Positions 1 through 9,288 of a stretch of DNA of 64,000 nt are shown one piece after another (the stretch's first letter is position 1; every line of letters begins with the position of its first letter). Source of the DNA: an uncultured delta proteobacterium (GTDB taxonomy: Bacteria > Desulfobacterota > Syntrophobacteria > Syntrophobacterales > Syntrophobacteraceae); the NCBI GenBank assembly GCA_963757915.1, contig CAVWTD010000018.1, positions 59,072 through 123,071 of the forward strand, read 5' to 3'. A program made the position numbers and the translations under genes. The notes under the pieces were generated by a model, which made no database searches, had not been told where the DNA came from, and saw only the letters and a list, made by a program, of their open reading frames with translations.

Positions 1-389
1 TCCCTCGGTCACCGGCCTTCCCTCCAGAGCCTCCGCCGTTGCCACCTGCAACATTGTTCGGCTCCTTCTTCGGTACTACGCCGATGTCTGACTTCTCCAT
101 GGCGTTCATGCCGGGCTAGTGGCCACAGGCCTTCCCCGACCGCTCTGACAATCGACTCTCAGAGGCCATGGAGATCTCCCGGTTCTCGAACATAGAGTTT
201 CCACGCGTGCACAGGGTCTCTGACTCCGCGGAACCTGCGAAAGACTCGCTGTCTGACGCCTTCTCGCAGTGTTGCCTTCCCCTTCACACCACAAAGTCGG
301 CATCCCGGATGGGTGATTTCGGAGCTCAATGGCTGGCCTGCGTTTTCCCCTGTCAACTACTTCACGTATAGCCTCGCGGTTATCCGCAC
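1..389 (-). mobile_element. Group II intron, 5' segment (partial, runs off the window start)
   Basis: The minus strand reads GTGCGG at 389-384, matching the GUGYG intron 5' consensus. An ATG at 100 opens MEKSDIGVVPKKEPNNV. One frame over, it continues AEALEGRPVTEG, which resembles N-termini of bacterial intron-encoded reverse transcriptase/maturases. Caveat: only ~290 nt separate the GTGCG from the ORF start, which is short for domains I-III. Confidence 0.45.
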
Positions 390-494
390 ATGACTCGGGG
401 CCATAATGGAGCAGCTCCTCCTTTTATGTGGGGCTCTTTCATCCCCTACTCTATGCCGGTTTATCCCGGCGTTTTCGGTGTGACCCCTCTCTTT

Positions 495-869
495 CGTTTT
501 GACAGCACTTCGCACGGGGACTTTACTGAGATAAGCTTTGCCTGCCTGGATCATGATCTTTTTGAGAATCACGGTAAATTCCCCTGCTAACCTATCTGGA
601 ATTTCGAGAATAATCTCGTCATGCACCGTTCCGATAATCTGGGCTCCCATATCCGCCAATCTTTGAGGGAGTAATGCCAGTGCTTTCTTTGTGATGTCTG
701 CGGCCGTCCCTTGAACAGGTGTGTTGTAGAGTGTGTCTGAAATTACTGGAACCACTCCCATTGACATATCGCTTGAATGTTCGATTGGGAAATCATATGT
801 TTTTGCCGGCTTGGGGGTTGTTCCAGAATTTTTGTCGTTCAGAACCCGATCTGAAAATACGGTTCGCAT
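495..869 (-). pseudogene. Family A DNA polymerase (PolA-like) C-terminal remnant
   Basis: ORF 357..869 contains NTPVQGTAADITKKAL and IIGTVHDEIILEIP ... SKVPV, which are the palm-domain C-terminal motifs of PolA-type polymerases. Only about 80-125 aa of homology are present. No N-terminal part exists, and the frame runs on into the intron-like sequence. Confidence 0.6.
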
Positions 870-1067
870 GTACGGCGCACAACTGGAGGCATTATTCCGG
901 ATTAATGAATAAATCTTTCCATGCAGATTGAATTTTTTGGGAAAACTTTTCAGAATTGGACATGCTCAAGTTGCCGAAACTCTCTCCTGCCATACTTCAC
1001 CAAATGGACATTGAGTCGTTAGCCCTTGATTTTTTTTGATAAGGAATCATGAAGAAGGGAAACCAGC

Positions 1068-1796
1068 ATGGACGATATTCACGGCAAGGTGGCACTGGTC
1101 AGCGGCGCCAGCCGCGGCATCGGGCGCGCTGTTGCGGCAACACTTGCAAGAGCGGGTGCAGACGTTGCCATCAATTACTTCAGGAGCGAGAAAGAAGCTC
1201 TGGAAACCCTCGCTCTGGTTCGCGAGACGGGACAGCGGGGCATCCTGGTTCAAGCGGATGTTTCGAGGTCTTCGGAAACTGCAAAAATGATCCACAGCGT
1301 CGAGCGCGAACTCGGGCAAGTCCAGATCCTTGTGAACAATGCCGCGATTGCCATTAGAAAAAGCCTCTACGAAATAACCGAGCAGGACTGGGACAGGGTG
1401 CTTGCGGTAAATCTCAAGTCGGCTTTCCTGATCACGCAGGCAGTTTTTCAGGGAATGCGCGAGCTGCGCTGGGGAAGGATCATCAATATCTCCTCCGTTG
1501 CAGCCCAGACCGGTGGAATTACCTCTCCGCCCTATGTTGCGTCGAAGGCCGGACTGTGGGGACTTTCACACTCTTATGCCGCTCTGTTGATAAAGGACGG
1601 CATTACGGTCAATACAGTTTCTCCAGCGTTAATCGAAACCGATATGCTTCGAGAACTCGACGCAAAACCCGACCGCATCCCCGTTGGCCGCTTCGGCAAA
1701 GTTGAAGAGGTTGCCGATGTCGTCCTCATGCTGGCCCGAAATGGCTACATAACCGGACAAACTATTAACGTTGACGGTGGTTTGTATTTTACCTAG
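1068..1796 (+). CDS. SDR family oxidoreductase, 3-oxoacyl-ACP reductase (FabG)-like
   Basis: The N-terminal Rossmann motif is GKVALVSGASRGIGRAVA. The protein also has NNAA, S...YVASKAG (YxxxK) and a C-terminal GQTINVDGG. Length is 242 aa. Confidence 0.85.
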   Translation: MDDIHGKVALVSGASRGIGRAVAATLARAGADVAINYFRSEKEALETLALVRETGQRGILVQADVSRSSETAKMIHSVERELGQVQILVNNAAIAIRKSLYEITEQDWDRVLAVNLKSAFLITQAVFQGMRELRWGRIINISSVAAQTGGITSPPYVASKAGLWGLSHSYAALLIKDGITVNTVSPALIETDMLRELDAKPDRIPVGRFGKVEEVADVVLMLARNGYITGQTINVDGGLYFT

Positions 1797-1896
1797 CTTG
1801 TGTAGTGAGCCCCGATACTATGCAGCAAACTGTTACTGTCTTATCCTCTTCGACCGACCGGGCATCGTTACTCCCAGGCCTGCCCGCATTTGCGTT

Positions 1897-3153
1897 CTAT
1901 TTTATGGACTTGCCGGAAATCGAGAAAAGGACGCCCTTGCCCTCGTCGCCCCCGCCCCCGGCCAGCCCGTAAAGAGTTTTCCCGATCAATTCCAGGTTGC
2001 CGGCGGCAGAGCCGCCGTCCGCCCCGTTTGTGAGGCTGTGCAGGAGGGAGAGGACGCCTTTTTTCGTATCGAAGGAAAAAACCGTTCCATACCCGCCCGG
2101 GCCTCCTTCCGAGGTCATACCGTAGAGCCTGGTCCCCGAGAGGGTAAGGCCGCCATCAGGCCAGGCCCCTTCCCCGACAGGATCGAAGCTGTGCAGGACC
2201 TTAACTTTCCCGGTGAGGGCATCGCATTTGAAAATGACGCCGCAGCCCTGGGCGCCATCATGATGGCGGATGCCTCCACGAAATTCGGCGCCCCCGCGAA
2301 AGGCCATGCCGTAAAGGGCCGTACCCGAGATGGTAAGGAAGCCGCAGGGATTAAACCCGTCTTTGCCCGTGAAGCTGTGCAGAAGCGTAACTTTCCCTTC
2401 CGGGATGCTGTACTTGAAAATGACGCCGCAGTCGTCGGCGCCTCCATAACTGGTCGTGCCGTAAAGGTCTGTCCCCGCGAGAGCAAGGCTGCCTTGGGGG
2501 TAGACACCGTCCTTCTCCGTGAAGCTGTGCAGGACCGTTAATTTCCCGCCCGCGATATCGTATTTGAAAATGACGCCGGAACCCTGGCCTCCATATGTGG
2601 TCATACCGTAGAGGTCCGACCCCGAAAGGACGAGGCTGCCGACAGGCTCGGCGCCGTCTTTTCCAGTGAAGCTGTGGAGGAGCGTAAATTCCCCGGTCGG
2701 GATATTGTATTTGAAAATAGTGCCGGCGTCTTTTTCGCCTCCAAACTGCGCCGTCCCGTAAAGATCGGGTCCGACAAATGTGAGACTGCTTCCGAAGTTA
2801 CGGCCTTCGGACCGCGTGAAACTGTGCAGCACACTGCATTTGCCGCTTGCGATATCTATCCGGCAGATCGTGCCGGAGTTGCCGGCGCCCCCGGCAAGGG
2901 TCATTATATAAAAGCTGTTCCCGACCATGCAGAAGCTGCCCGTAGGCAAAGCCCCGTCCCCAGCCGTTTTGCCGAAGGTGTGCAGCACTTTGAAGGAAAC
3001 GCCCGGGGGCTGCGGCGGGTGCGGCGAGCCCCCGGTCTGTGCAACCCCCTGCGGGGCAAGGGAAAAGTAAAAAGCAAAAAGGCAAAATCCAGCGAAGCGC
3101 GGGAGGAAAAATCCAAAAACTGCAAAGCGCGATGTGATTCGGTCAATTCTCAT
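1897..3153 (-). CDS. Secreted tandem-repeat protein (GloVer-type choice-of-anchor repeat, propeller-like)
   Basis: It has an N-terminal hydrophobic signal-like segment. About seven ~45-aa repeats follow, of the form (V/L)LHSFTGKDG..P.G.L...G..LYGTT..GG....G(V/T)IFK. Confidence 0.7.
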   Translation of the reverse strand: MRIDRITSRFAVFGFFLPRFAGFCLFAFYFSLAPQGVAQTGGSPHPPQPPGVSFKVLHTFGKTAGDGALPTGSFCMVGNSFYIMTLAGGAGNSGTICRIDIASGKCSVLHSFTRSEGRNFGSSLTFVGPDLYGTAQFGGEKDAGTIFKYNIPTGEFTLLHSFTGKDGAEPVGSLVLSGSDLYGMTTYGGQGSGVIFKYDIAGGKLTVLHSFTEKDGVYPQGSLALAGTDLYGTTSYGGADDCGVIFKYSIPEGKVTLLHSFTGKDGFNPCGFLTISGTALYGMAFRGGAEFRGGIRHHDGAQGCGVIFKCDALTGKVKVLHSFDPVGEGAWPDGGLTLSGTRLYGMTSEGGPGGYGTVFSFDTKKGVLSLLHSLTNGADGGSAAGNLELIGKTLYGLAGGGGDEGKGVLFSISGKSIK

Positions 3154-3175
3154 GGCGCTCTGCCTCCTCTTTATT

Positions 3176-3267
3176 CTGAATTATGCGTCAACTTGACCCC
3201 CAACTGGAGCCGAACAGCATTTTCGGGTCGGATTCCATCCGAAAAAGCTCTTGGAATGCCGAATGTC
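3176..3267 (-). promoter_or_regulatory. Conserved ~92-nt upstream element, copy 1 (ends 22 nt before the repeat-protein start codon)
   Basis: Near-identical to 37711..37802 when read in the direction of the downstream gene: GACATTCGGCATTCCAAGAGCTTTTTCGGATGGAATCC...GGCTCCAGTTGGGGGTCAAGTTG(A/G)CGCAT(A/T)ATTCAG. Confidence 0.5.
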
Positions 3268-3348
3268 CGTAAATCAGACGATATTCCAGTCAAAACCCGT
3301 AAGAAAAAGTGCCGATCAGACCAAATCAGGCAATTTGAGGACATACCA

Positions 3349-4503
3349 CTATTTGTTTTTCGAGTCGTTTTGTTTCCGCGCTAAGAATGTTTTAAGTCTC
3401 CAGAATGGCTTTATTATTTTATAGAAGGGATATAAGAGAAAGAATGAACGAACACCATATCTATCACCAATTATTTCCAGTGCTTCGTACCTCTCAATAT
3501 GCTTTTTCCTGTATTGCTTCCATACGTGATAGGCGGCATTATATTGACTCCAGCTAATAACTCGCCTTTTGGACTTTAGAAGCTCGGCCCTAAGCGACTC
3601 AATCCTCCAATCAACCCGAGCGTTCTCCTCTCTGAGCGCCGCGTCGAAGGCATTGCAAAGCTCTGACCTGAGCGACTTGGTCTCCGTCACGAAAGCTTCG
3701 GCGCGTTCGCGCTCCTTTTGAAAATCTGCATTCAAAACATTGATGGTCTGCGTGTACTCGCCGATTTGATGCTGGCCCGCAACTTGCCCGGCTACACGGA
3801 TCCAATGCTCGCCGATCGCAGCGAAACACCAGCGGATCGAGTTGATCGAACCATTGTCAAGACTGCACAGAGCAGCAACGGCGGCAGGCACATTCGTCCC
3901 GACAGCGACAACCCCGAGGCCATTGCCGTGCAGAAACTCGAAAGTGGGGTGTCTCTTCTTCAGTTCACGAAACAGTCTCCAGATGCCGAAGCGCCACTCG
4001 TAAACGTTGGTATCATGCAACAGGACGACAGCCCGATCGGACAATTTGGGCAGCCACGACTCAAAATCATGCTTGACCGCATCGTAGTAATGAAGCCCGT
4101 CGATATGCAGCAGGTCAATCGAGTTATCAGCAAAGTAAGGTAACGCCTCGTCGAAGGTGCAGCGGAGGAGTTCGGAAAATGAGGCATAGCGGGCGCTGTT
4201 GAAGCGGACAAAATCCTCATATACCTCCTCACCGTAGTGACTCGCGTGCTCATCACCCAACCACGTGTCTACAGCAAAGCAGGAAGTCGGCATGCGCAGC
4301 CTTGCAACCGCCTCACAGAAGGCTGAGTAGGAGACGCCATTATGCGTACCAAGCTCGACCAACATTGCAGGCTTCATGTTGGAAACCAGCCAGTGGGCAA
4401 AAGGGACGTGTCCATACCACGCGCTGTCAACACCGAAGCGTGAAGGCGGCCAGTATAGAGGATCCAAGTCTTCCGCCAGCAGCAATCGCAACTCATCAGC
4501 CAT
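3349..4503 (-). CDS. Class I SAM-dependent methyltransferase (Methyltransf_24-like) with a C-terminal coiled-coil-like extension
   Basis: WYGHVPFAHWLV...MLVELGTHNGVSY...FAVDTW.GDEH...IDLLHIDGLHYYDAVKHDF..W...LSDRAVVLLHD is typical of this methyltransferase family. The last ~130 aa are charged and helical. Confidence 0.65.
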   Translation of the reverse strand: MADELRLLLAEDLDPLYWPPSRFGVDSAWYGHVPFAHWLVSNMKPAMLVELGTHNGVSYSAFCEAVARLRMPTSCFAVDTWLGDEHASHYGEEVYEDFVRFNSARYASFSELLRCTFDEALPYFADNSIDLLHIDGLHYYDAVKHDFESWLPKLSDRAVVLLHDTNVYEWRFGIWRLFRELKKRHPTFEFLHGNGLGVVAVGTNVPAAVAALCSLDNGSINSIRWCFAAIGEHWIRVAGQVAGQHQIGEYTQTINVLNADFQKERERAEAFVTETKSLRSELCNAFDAALREENARVDWRIESLRAELLKSKRRVISWSQYNAAYHVWKQYRKKHIERYEALEIIGDRYGVRSFFLLYPFYKIIKPFWRLKTFLARKQNDSKNK

Positions 4504-4997
4504 ATAGCGTTTCCAATTTCATTCAAGGCCTTCATTTTAGGTAACAATCCAGCCTGAATAATTCATCAAAGTGGTCGCCAACCAATGCCGAATCACTTTC
4601 GGAGTCAGATTTCCCCCGAAAAAGCTTTTGAAAACCACCGATGTTCATTGAATCTTTCGATATTACCATCAAAACACGCAAGTACAATGCTTATAAGACC
4701 ATTTTGGGCAAAAGGTATTGATTACCAATTTTACACCTGTGAGGCGTTTTCTGAAAATTTGCTTCGGGTCGAGGGCCGAGAATTTCCAATTTTGCCTTCT
4801 CCGGCGTGGGGAGGTTGGTGCTTCTCATCCGGAATGTCTCCGGGGGCGGGCCTCCGGGCATTGTTCGGAATAAAATAGTTGAGGCGCGGGTCGTCCCTCT
4901 AAGATGGGGCTTGACTTTTGCCCCCAACAGTGCAATAGTTGCACTATGGACAGTTTGTTGCAAATTGTCCGGTTATTGAGGATGTTGAAGGGTTTGT

Positions 4998-5231
4998 ATG
5001 CCGACATTGCAACGATTTGGTTCCGTCAGCGTACGGATGTACGCCGACGATCACCGGCCGCCGCACTTCCATATTGCCGCGCCAGACTTCCAAGTGCTGG
5101 TGAGGATTTCGGACTTGACGGTGATTGGCGGCGAAGCCCACGAAACTCAGATTGCCGAGGCTCTGGCATGGGCGCGAACCCATCAAGCGATGTTGGCTCT
5201 CAAATGGGCTGAACTCAACGAAAGGGGCTGA
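4998..5231 (+). CDS. DUF4160 domain protein
   Basis: The 77-aa protein contains VRMYADDHRPPHFHI, the signature of DUF4160. The next gene starts 3 nt after its stop. Confidence 0.65.
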   Translation: MPTLQRFGSVSVRMYADDHRPPHFHIAAPDFQVLVRISDLTVIGGEAHETQIAEALAWARTHQAMLALKWAELNERG

Positions 5232-5233
5232 TC

Positions 5234-5689
5234 ATGCCGAAGAAAACTTTACCGCGTATCGTTGCCGTGACAACGGACAAGAACCCTTTGACCTTGCGCA
5301 TCCGTTGGGACAAGGGCGACGAAAGCCGCGTGGATGTTTCCGGTTTGGTCGAGATGTTCCGCGTTTATAAGCCGTTGCGCAATTCGCCGGAATTGTTCGG
5401 GCGCGTAAGGGTTGGCGAGCATGGCACGGACATTGTTTGGTCTGATGAAATCGACATGGCCGCCGACACGCTTTGGCGATTAGCGCAAGAACAGGCGGGC
5501 ATCACTATGTCGCCGGAGGCTTTCAAGCATTGGCGCGAGCGCAAAGCTTATACGCTCGATGCAGCGGCTCGCACACTTGGGTTAAGCCGCCGCACTGTGG
5601 CCTACTACGAACAGGGAACGAGGCCTATTCCGCGCGTCGTTGCGCTTGCTACGCGGGCGCTCGACTGCGCTACTGTTGACCCCTCGTGA
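5234..5689 (+). CDS. DUF2442-like domain fused to a C-terminal XRE-type HTH
   Basis: The N-terminal ~90 aa are DUF2442-like (LRIRWDKGDESRVDVSGL...IVWSDEIDMAADTLW). The C-terminus LDAAARTLGLSRRTVAYYEQGTRPIP is a helix-turn-helix. Confidence 0.55.
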   Translation: MPKKTLPRIVAVTTDKNPLTLRIRWDKGDESRVDVSGLVEMFRVYKPLRNSPELFGRVRVGEHGTDIVWSDEIDMAADTLWRLAQEQAGITMSPEAFKHWRERKAYTLDAAARTLGLSRRTVAYYEQGTRPIPRVVALATRALDCATVDPS

Positions 5690-6141
5690 TCTACGGCTAC
5701 GGACCAGACTGATCGAGGCGGAAATGATGGCCGATGAAATCTTGTACACGGACACGAGCGCATGGCTGGAGCGGATCAAGCGGCGATGAATAACCTCTTG
5801 ACCATAGATAAATCTTGATGCAATAATTTTTTCAGCCTGGTCAATGCCGGTCATGCTTGCGCTGTCGACTGGCACAACGGCTGCAAGCTCGTGCGAGGCT
5901 ATGCTTGCGGCCTATTCGCGAGTCTGAAGCCGGATATTATTTCGTGTCATTTTATCGGGTCCAGTGAAAGCTGGGCCTCTAAGAGAGTGACACATGATGA
6001 TCTATTGGGAGTGTAAAGCTGCAGACCAGGCTCAAGCTGGGATAAGTCTCTACAGAGGTATTCCTGGAGGTCTCTCTCCAGGCTCAAGGTTACCTCAAGG
6101 GCATCGACTTCGGTCGGGACCTCTTCTTCTGCCCTTGACTT

Positions 6142-6405
6142 TCAGCCGATTTCAAATTCGCCATCTTTGTCCTGGTCATAGAGCCTGACCTTTCCCGGAC
6201 CCACAGTATAGAGAAATTTGGGAAAAGATGGATACCATTTGCTGGAGGAGTGGTTTACGCTACAACCCATGGTGTGGGTCCTTATGGTCACTTCCTTCCA
6301 CTGGTTTGGATATTTTTTCAGGACAGTGTCAATGATTTGCTTGGTGGTGAGAACTTGTTCCTTGGTCTCGAAGACTTCTTTTATCGCTTGAGCGCAGGTT
6401 GCCAT
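6142..6405 (-). CDS. Small hypothetical protein, possibly a winged-helix fold
   Basis: An 87-90 aa ORF with no overlapping competitor. I recognise no diagnostic motif. Confidence 0.35.
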   Translation of the reverse strand: MATCAQAIKEVFETKEQVLTTKQIIDTVLKKYPNQWKEVTIRTHTMGCSVNHSSSKWYPSFPKFLYTVGPGKVRLYDQDKDGEFEIG

Positions 6406-6699
6406 TTGGAACACACCTCAATGCGTTAAACAATAAAGATCGGACATGCAAGAGATATCTTAACGGTATTTTTTAAAAAATCGCTCATCAGCGGCGGTGA
6501 CTCCATGCTGTGCCCACTGCCCTTCTTATCTGCGCGTTGATGGGGGGCCGCCGGTCTGCTCTGCGGACCATCCAGGGGAGGTGGACGGAGAGTACGGTGT
6601 TATATAAACCCACGGCGCATCCCCGCCGGTGACGGCACGGCAATGGCCGCCATCTACCTCGGTCCACTGTCAAAAATATTCTTGCGAAGCCCGAGCGTG

Positions 6700-6945
6700 A
6701 CTGTAATATGCTTTCAACACCAGGTTCACTTGCCGTGCCTCCCTGCCCTTGAGGGCGGACAGTCGCTGAGGCTACCGACACAGAAGCGCCCATGGGCCGC
6801 GCCATGTGGCAAATGGTAGGGATACCGGCAGAGCTTGAAAGGTCGTTGATTCACGAGAGGACAAAGGCGGGCCGAGCGGCGGCTGTGGCTCGTGGCGTGC
6901 GGATGGGCCGCAAGCGGTTGCGGGAAGGGAGCAGGCAAACTCGAA
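6700..6945 (+). pseudogene. Serine recombinase (resolvase/invertase) remnant
   Basis: TDTEAPMGRAMWQMVGIPAELERSLIHERTKAGRAAAVARG matches the conserved C-terminal part of the resolvase catalytic domain. Upstream homology (ALEGGQSLR) lies in another frame. No N-terminal catalytic Ser region is present. Confidence 0.6.
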
Positions 6946-6985
6946 TCACCGGATTTTGGAAAGGATTGTCCAGGAGGTTAAGGCG

Positions 6986-7750
6986 ATGCCATTTCTGACA
7001 ATGCAGAGTGAGCGGATCTATTATCATCAATCTGGGGAGAGTGGCGGGGCGGGCAGGACCGTTGTCCTTCTGCATGGATCGGGCGGAACGGGACGGAAAT
7101 GGGCCGCTCAGCTGGCGGGGATCGGTGGTCACAGGATTATCGCGCCGGATTTGCCTGGTCATGGGCAATCCGAGGGGCAGGCCTTAGGTTCCGTAGCCGA
7201 GTACCGCGAATTCGTTTCCGGCTTCGTAAAAACCTTAGGTCTTAAGAGGTTCGTAATAGGCGGACACTCGTTGGGAGGGGCCATCGCCCTGGATTTTGCG
7301 CTGACCAGCCACGATATCCTGGACGGCATGATCCTGGTGGGCAGCGGCGGGAGGTTGAGGGTGAAACCGGAGATCATAGAAATACTGGCAGGGGGAGAAC
7401 ACCCTGTAGGAGGCCTCGAATATAACTACGCTTTCAGTGTCTCCAGAGATGTCCTTGACAAGGCCGCAAGGGAAATGATGGGTGTTCCCGCCAGCGTATA
7501 CCTGGCGGATTTCCAGGCATGCGACAGGTTCGATGTTCTGGACAGACTTGAACGCATCAGGGTCCCGACTCTGGTTATTTGCGGAAAGGACGACCGGATG
7601 ACTCCGGTTAAGTTTTCCGAGTATCTGAGCGGACATATTCCGAACGCAAAGCTGGCCCTGATCCCGGATGCGGGGCACATGGTCATGATCGAACAGCCCC
7701 TGGCGGTCAACGGGCATATCGCGGCGTTCCTCGATGCCTTGCAGGGTTGA
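6986..7750 (+). CDS. Alpha/beta hydrolase
   Basis: It has HGSGG, the nucleophile elbow GGHSLGG and a C-terminal DAGHMVMIEQP. AGGAGG lies 8 nt upstream of the ATG at 6986. Confidence 0.8.
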   Translation: MPFLTMQSERIYYHQSGESGGAGRTVVLLHGSGGTGRKWAAQLAGIGGHRIIAPDLPGHGQSEGQALGSVAEYREFVSGFVKTLGLKRFVIGGHSLGGAIALDFALTSHDILDGMILVGSGGRLRVKPEIIEILAGGEHPVGGLEYNYAFSVSRDVLDKAAREMMGVPASVYLADFQACDRFDVLDRLERIRVPTLVICGKDDRMTPVKFSEYLSGHIPNAKLALIPDAGHMVMIEQPLAVNGHIAAFLDALQG

Positions 7751-7777
7751 AGAGCTGAGTGAGAAGAGGGTCAGGCG

Positions 7778-8555
7778 ATGGGCAGGGCGCTTCGAATTGT
7801 GTACCCGGGTGCATTCTATCATGTTGCATCCAGGGGAAATGAACGCAAGAATATATTCCTGAACAAAAGGGACCGGGCTCAGTTCCTTTCCTGTCTGGAA
7901 TCGGCAACGGTCCGCTATGGCGCGCTAATCCATGTCTACTGCCTTATGTCCAATCACTACCACCTCTTGGTGGAGACTCCTCGCGGGAATTTGCCTCAGA
8001 TCATGAAACACGTAAACGGCGCCTACACGACATATTTTAAGAGCATACGCCGGGTCGGGCTCCACGCCCCAGTGGCTGCACCGGGAGTTCATCCTTTCCT
8101 TCTTTGCGCCCGATGAGAAAACGGGTCAGAAGCGCTACCGGGATTTCGTTGAGGGACAAGCCGGGCGGGAGTGCCCAAACCCATTTGAGCATGTGACGGC
8201 ATCGACGGTCCTGGGGGGCGAGTCTTTTGTTGAGTGGGTGCGGGAGAAATTCCTGAAGGCGGCGCAGGCCGACCGTGAATTGCCCGCAGTTCGTCAACTT
8301 GCAGGCAGACCGGGGGTCGAGGCGATCCGTTCCGCGGTGGAGGATCTGTTCATGGATGACCGGCCGAAGGCGCGACGGGTGGGACTGTATCTATGCCGGC
8401 GCCACACAGGGCTCAAGCTTAAAGAGATCGGCGCAGCATACGGGGTGGGAGAGTCAGCGGTTACGCAGGCAAGCAGGCGGGTTACGGAGGAGATGAAACA
8501 GAATGTATCTCTGCGCAAATCTGTTGGAATGCTTGAGAGGGAGCTTGGGTTGTGA
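7778..8555 (+). pseudogene. Y1 (IS200/REP-associated-like) transposase domain protein with DnaA-C-like HTH; internally deleted and frameshifted
   Basis: The N-terminal half has YHVASRGNERKNIF ... CLMSNHYHLLVETP (HUH-type motif). The expected GHLFQGRYK segment is missing. The reading frame changes near 8040-8060. The C-terminal half (8193..8555) has a DnaA C-terminal-like HTH (LYLCRRHTGLKLKEIGAAYGVGESAVTQA). Confidence 0.6.
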
Positions 8556-8789
8556 AGAGTGTAGGTGACCCCTCACCACATTCTCCGAACTAAAAGTCTA
8601 TCTCACTCAGGACCGGGCCTGGAAAGAGAAATTCCACCAGAATATGTTTGACGCAGTGGCCATGGCGGTGATGGCGGCACAAATGGATTGATCATACCCC
8701 TCTTAGGGCCCATCATCGCGAAAGAAAGAAGTTATCCAAATTTGTATTATTTTTATCCACTATGGCCCCTGCGTGGCCACTGGCTCTCC

Positions 8790-8818
8790 TTGACAGTAAG
8801 TCGGCAATCTTCTAAATT
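8790..8818 (+). promoter_or_regulatory. Sigma70-like promoter for the toxin-antitoxin pair
   Basis: TTGACA (8790-8795), a 17-nt spacer, then TAAATT (8813-8818). It lies about 50 nt upstream of the antitoxin ATG. Confidence 0.45.
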
Positions 8819-8869
8819 TGTAGTGCTGCATTGATTTGAGTGGACAGTTCTTTCAACGAGGAGAAGAAA

Positions 8870-9070
8870 ATGGATATAAGGGAGGAGGTCAACAAAGCTC
8901 TCGATGCGTTGCCGGAGGACGCTTTGGAAGGAGTGCTGGAGTACATCCAGTTCATCACAGGTCCGCCTGAAGTGGAACCCAGTGAAGAAGAGCGCAAAGC
9001 GATCAAGAGAGGGAGAGAAGAGTTTTCCAGGGGCGAGTATGTGAACTATGAGGACATCAGGAGAAAATGA
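8870..9070 (+). CDS. Type II antitoxin-like small protein
   Basis: The 66-aa acidic protein follows GAGGAG upstream of the ATG at 8870. It overlaps the next gene by 4 nt (ATGA). The product resembles addiction-module antidote proteins (ALPEDALEGVLEYIQFI). Confidence 0.6.
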   Translation: MDIREEVNKALDALPEDALEGVLEYIQFITGPPEVEPSEEERKAIKRGREEFSRGEYVNYEDIRRK

Positions 9071-9288
9071 GCTATCAGGTTCTCTTAAGCAAAACCGCCC
9101 GGAAGACATATGACAAACTCCCGCAAAAACTTCAAAAGGGCGTTGACCGAGCCATAGAATACCTGAAGGTCAATCCCCTGCACAATCCGAATGCCAGAGC
9201 CCTTAAAGGAGAAACCGGCTCTTATCGTTACCAGATAGGTGGCTGGCGCATCCTCTATGAAGTTTATGAAGAGGCCCGGGAAGTGTGA
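9067..9288 (+). CDS. RelE/ParE family toxin, C-terminally truncated by an in-frame TGA
   Basis: The product is RelE/ParE-like (KGETGSYRYQIGGWRILYEVYEE). After the TGA at 9286-9288 the same frame continues IYDIGARGDVYKH to a second stop at 9328-9330. That extension matches the usual toxin C-terminus. Confidence 0.6.
   Translation: MSYQVLLSKTARKTYDKLPQKLQKGVDRAIEYLKVNPLHNPNARALKGETGSYRYQIGGWRILYEVYEEAREV

Noticed and set aside
1771-3384. Long plus-strand ORFs (1771..2541 and 2674..3384) and several nested minus-strand ORFs across the GloVer repeat gene
   Set aside because: They are antisense or out of frame relative to a gene with a signal peptide and a clear repeat architecture. Their products are low-complexity Arg/Ala/Gly strings typical of GC-rich shadow frames.
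6941-6956. A 10-nt match (GGTGATTCGA, inverted) to the tRNA-Arg T-arm as a candidate island att site
   Set aside because: It is too short and in the wrong (inverted) orientation for an attL/attR direct repeat. It is compatible with chance.
9286-9288. The TGA in the RelE-like toxin as a selenocysteine or programmed read-through codon
   Set aside because: No SECIS-like hairpin follows it. Toxins of this family are not selenoproteins, and other genes in the window also carry disruptions.
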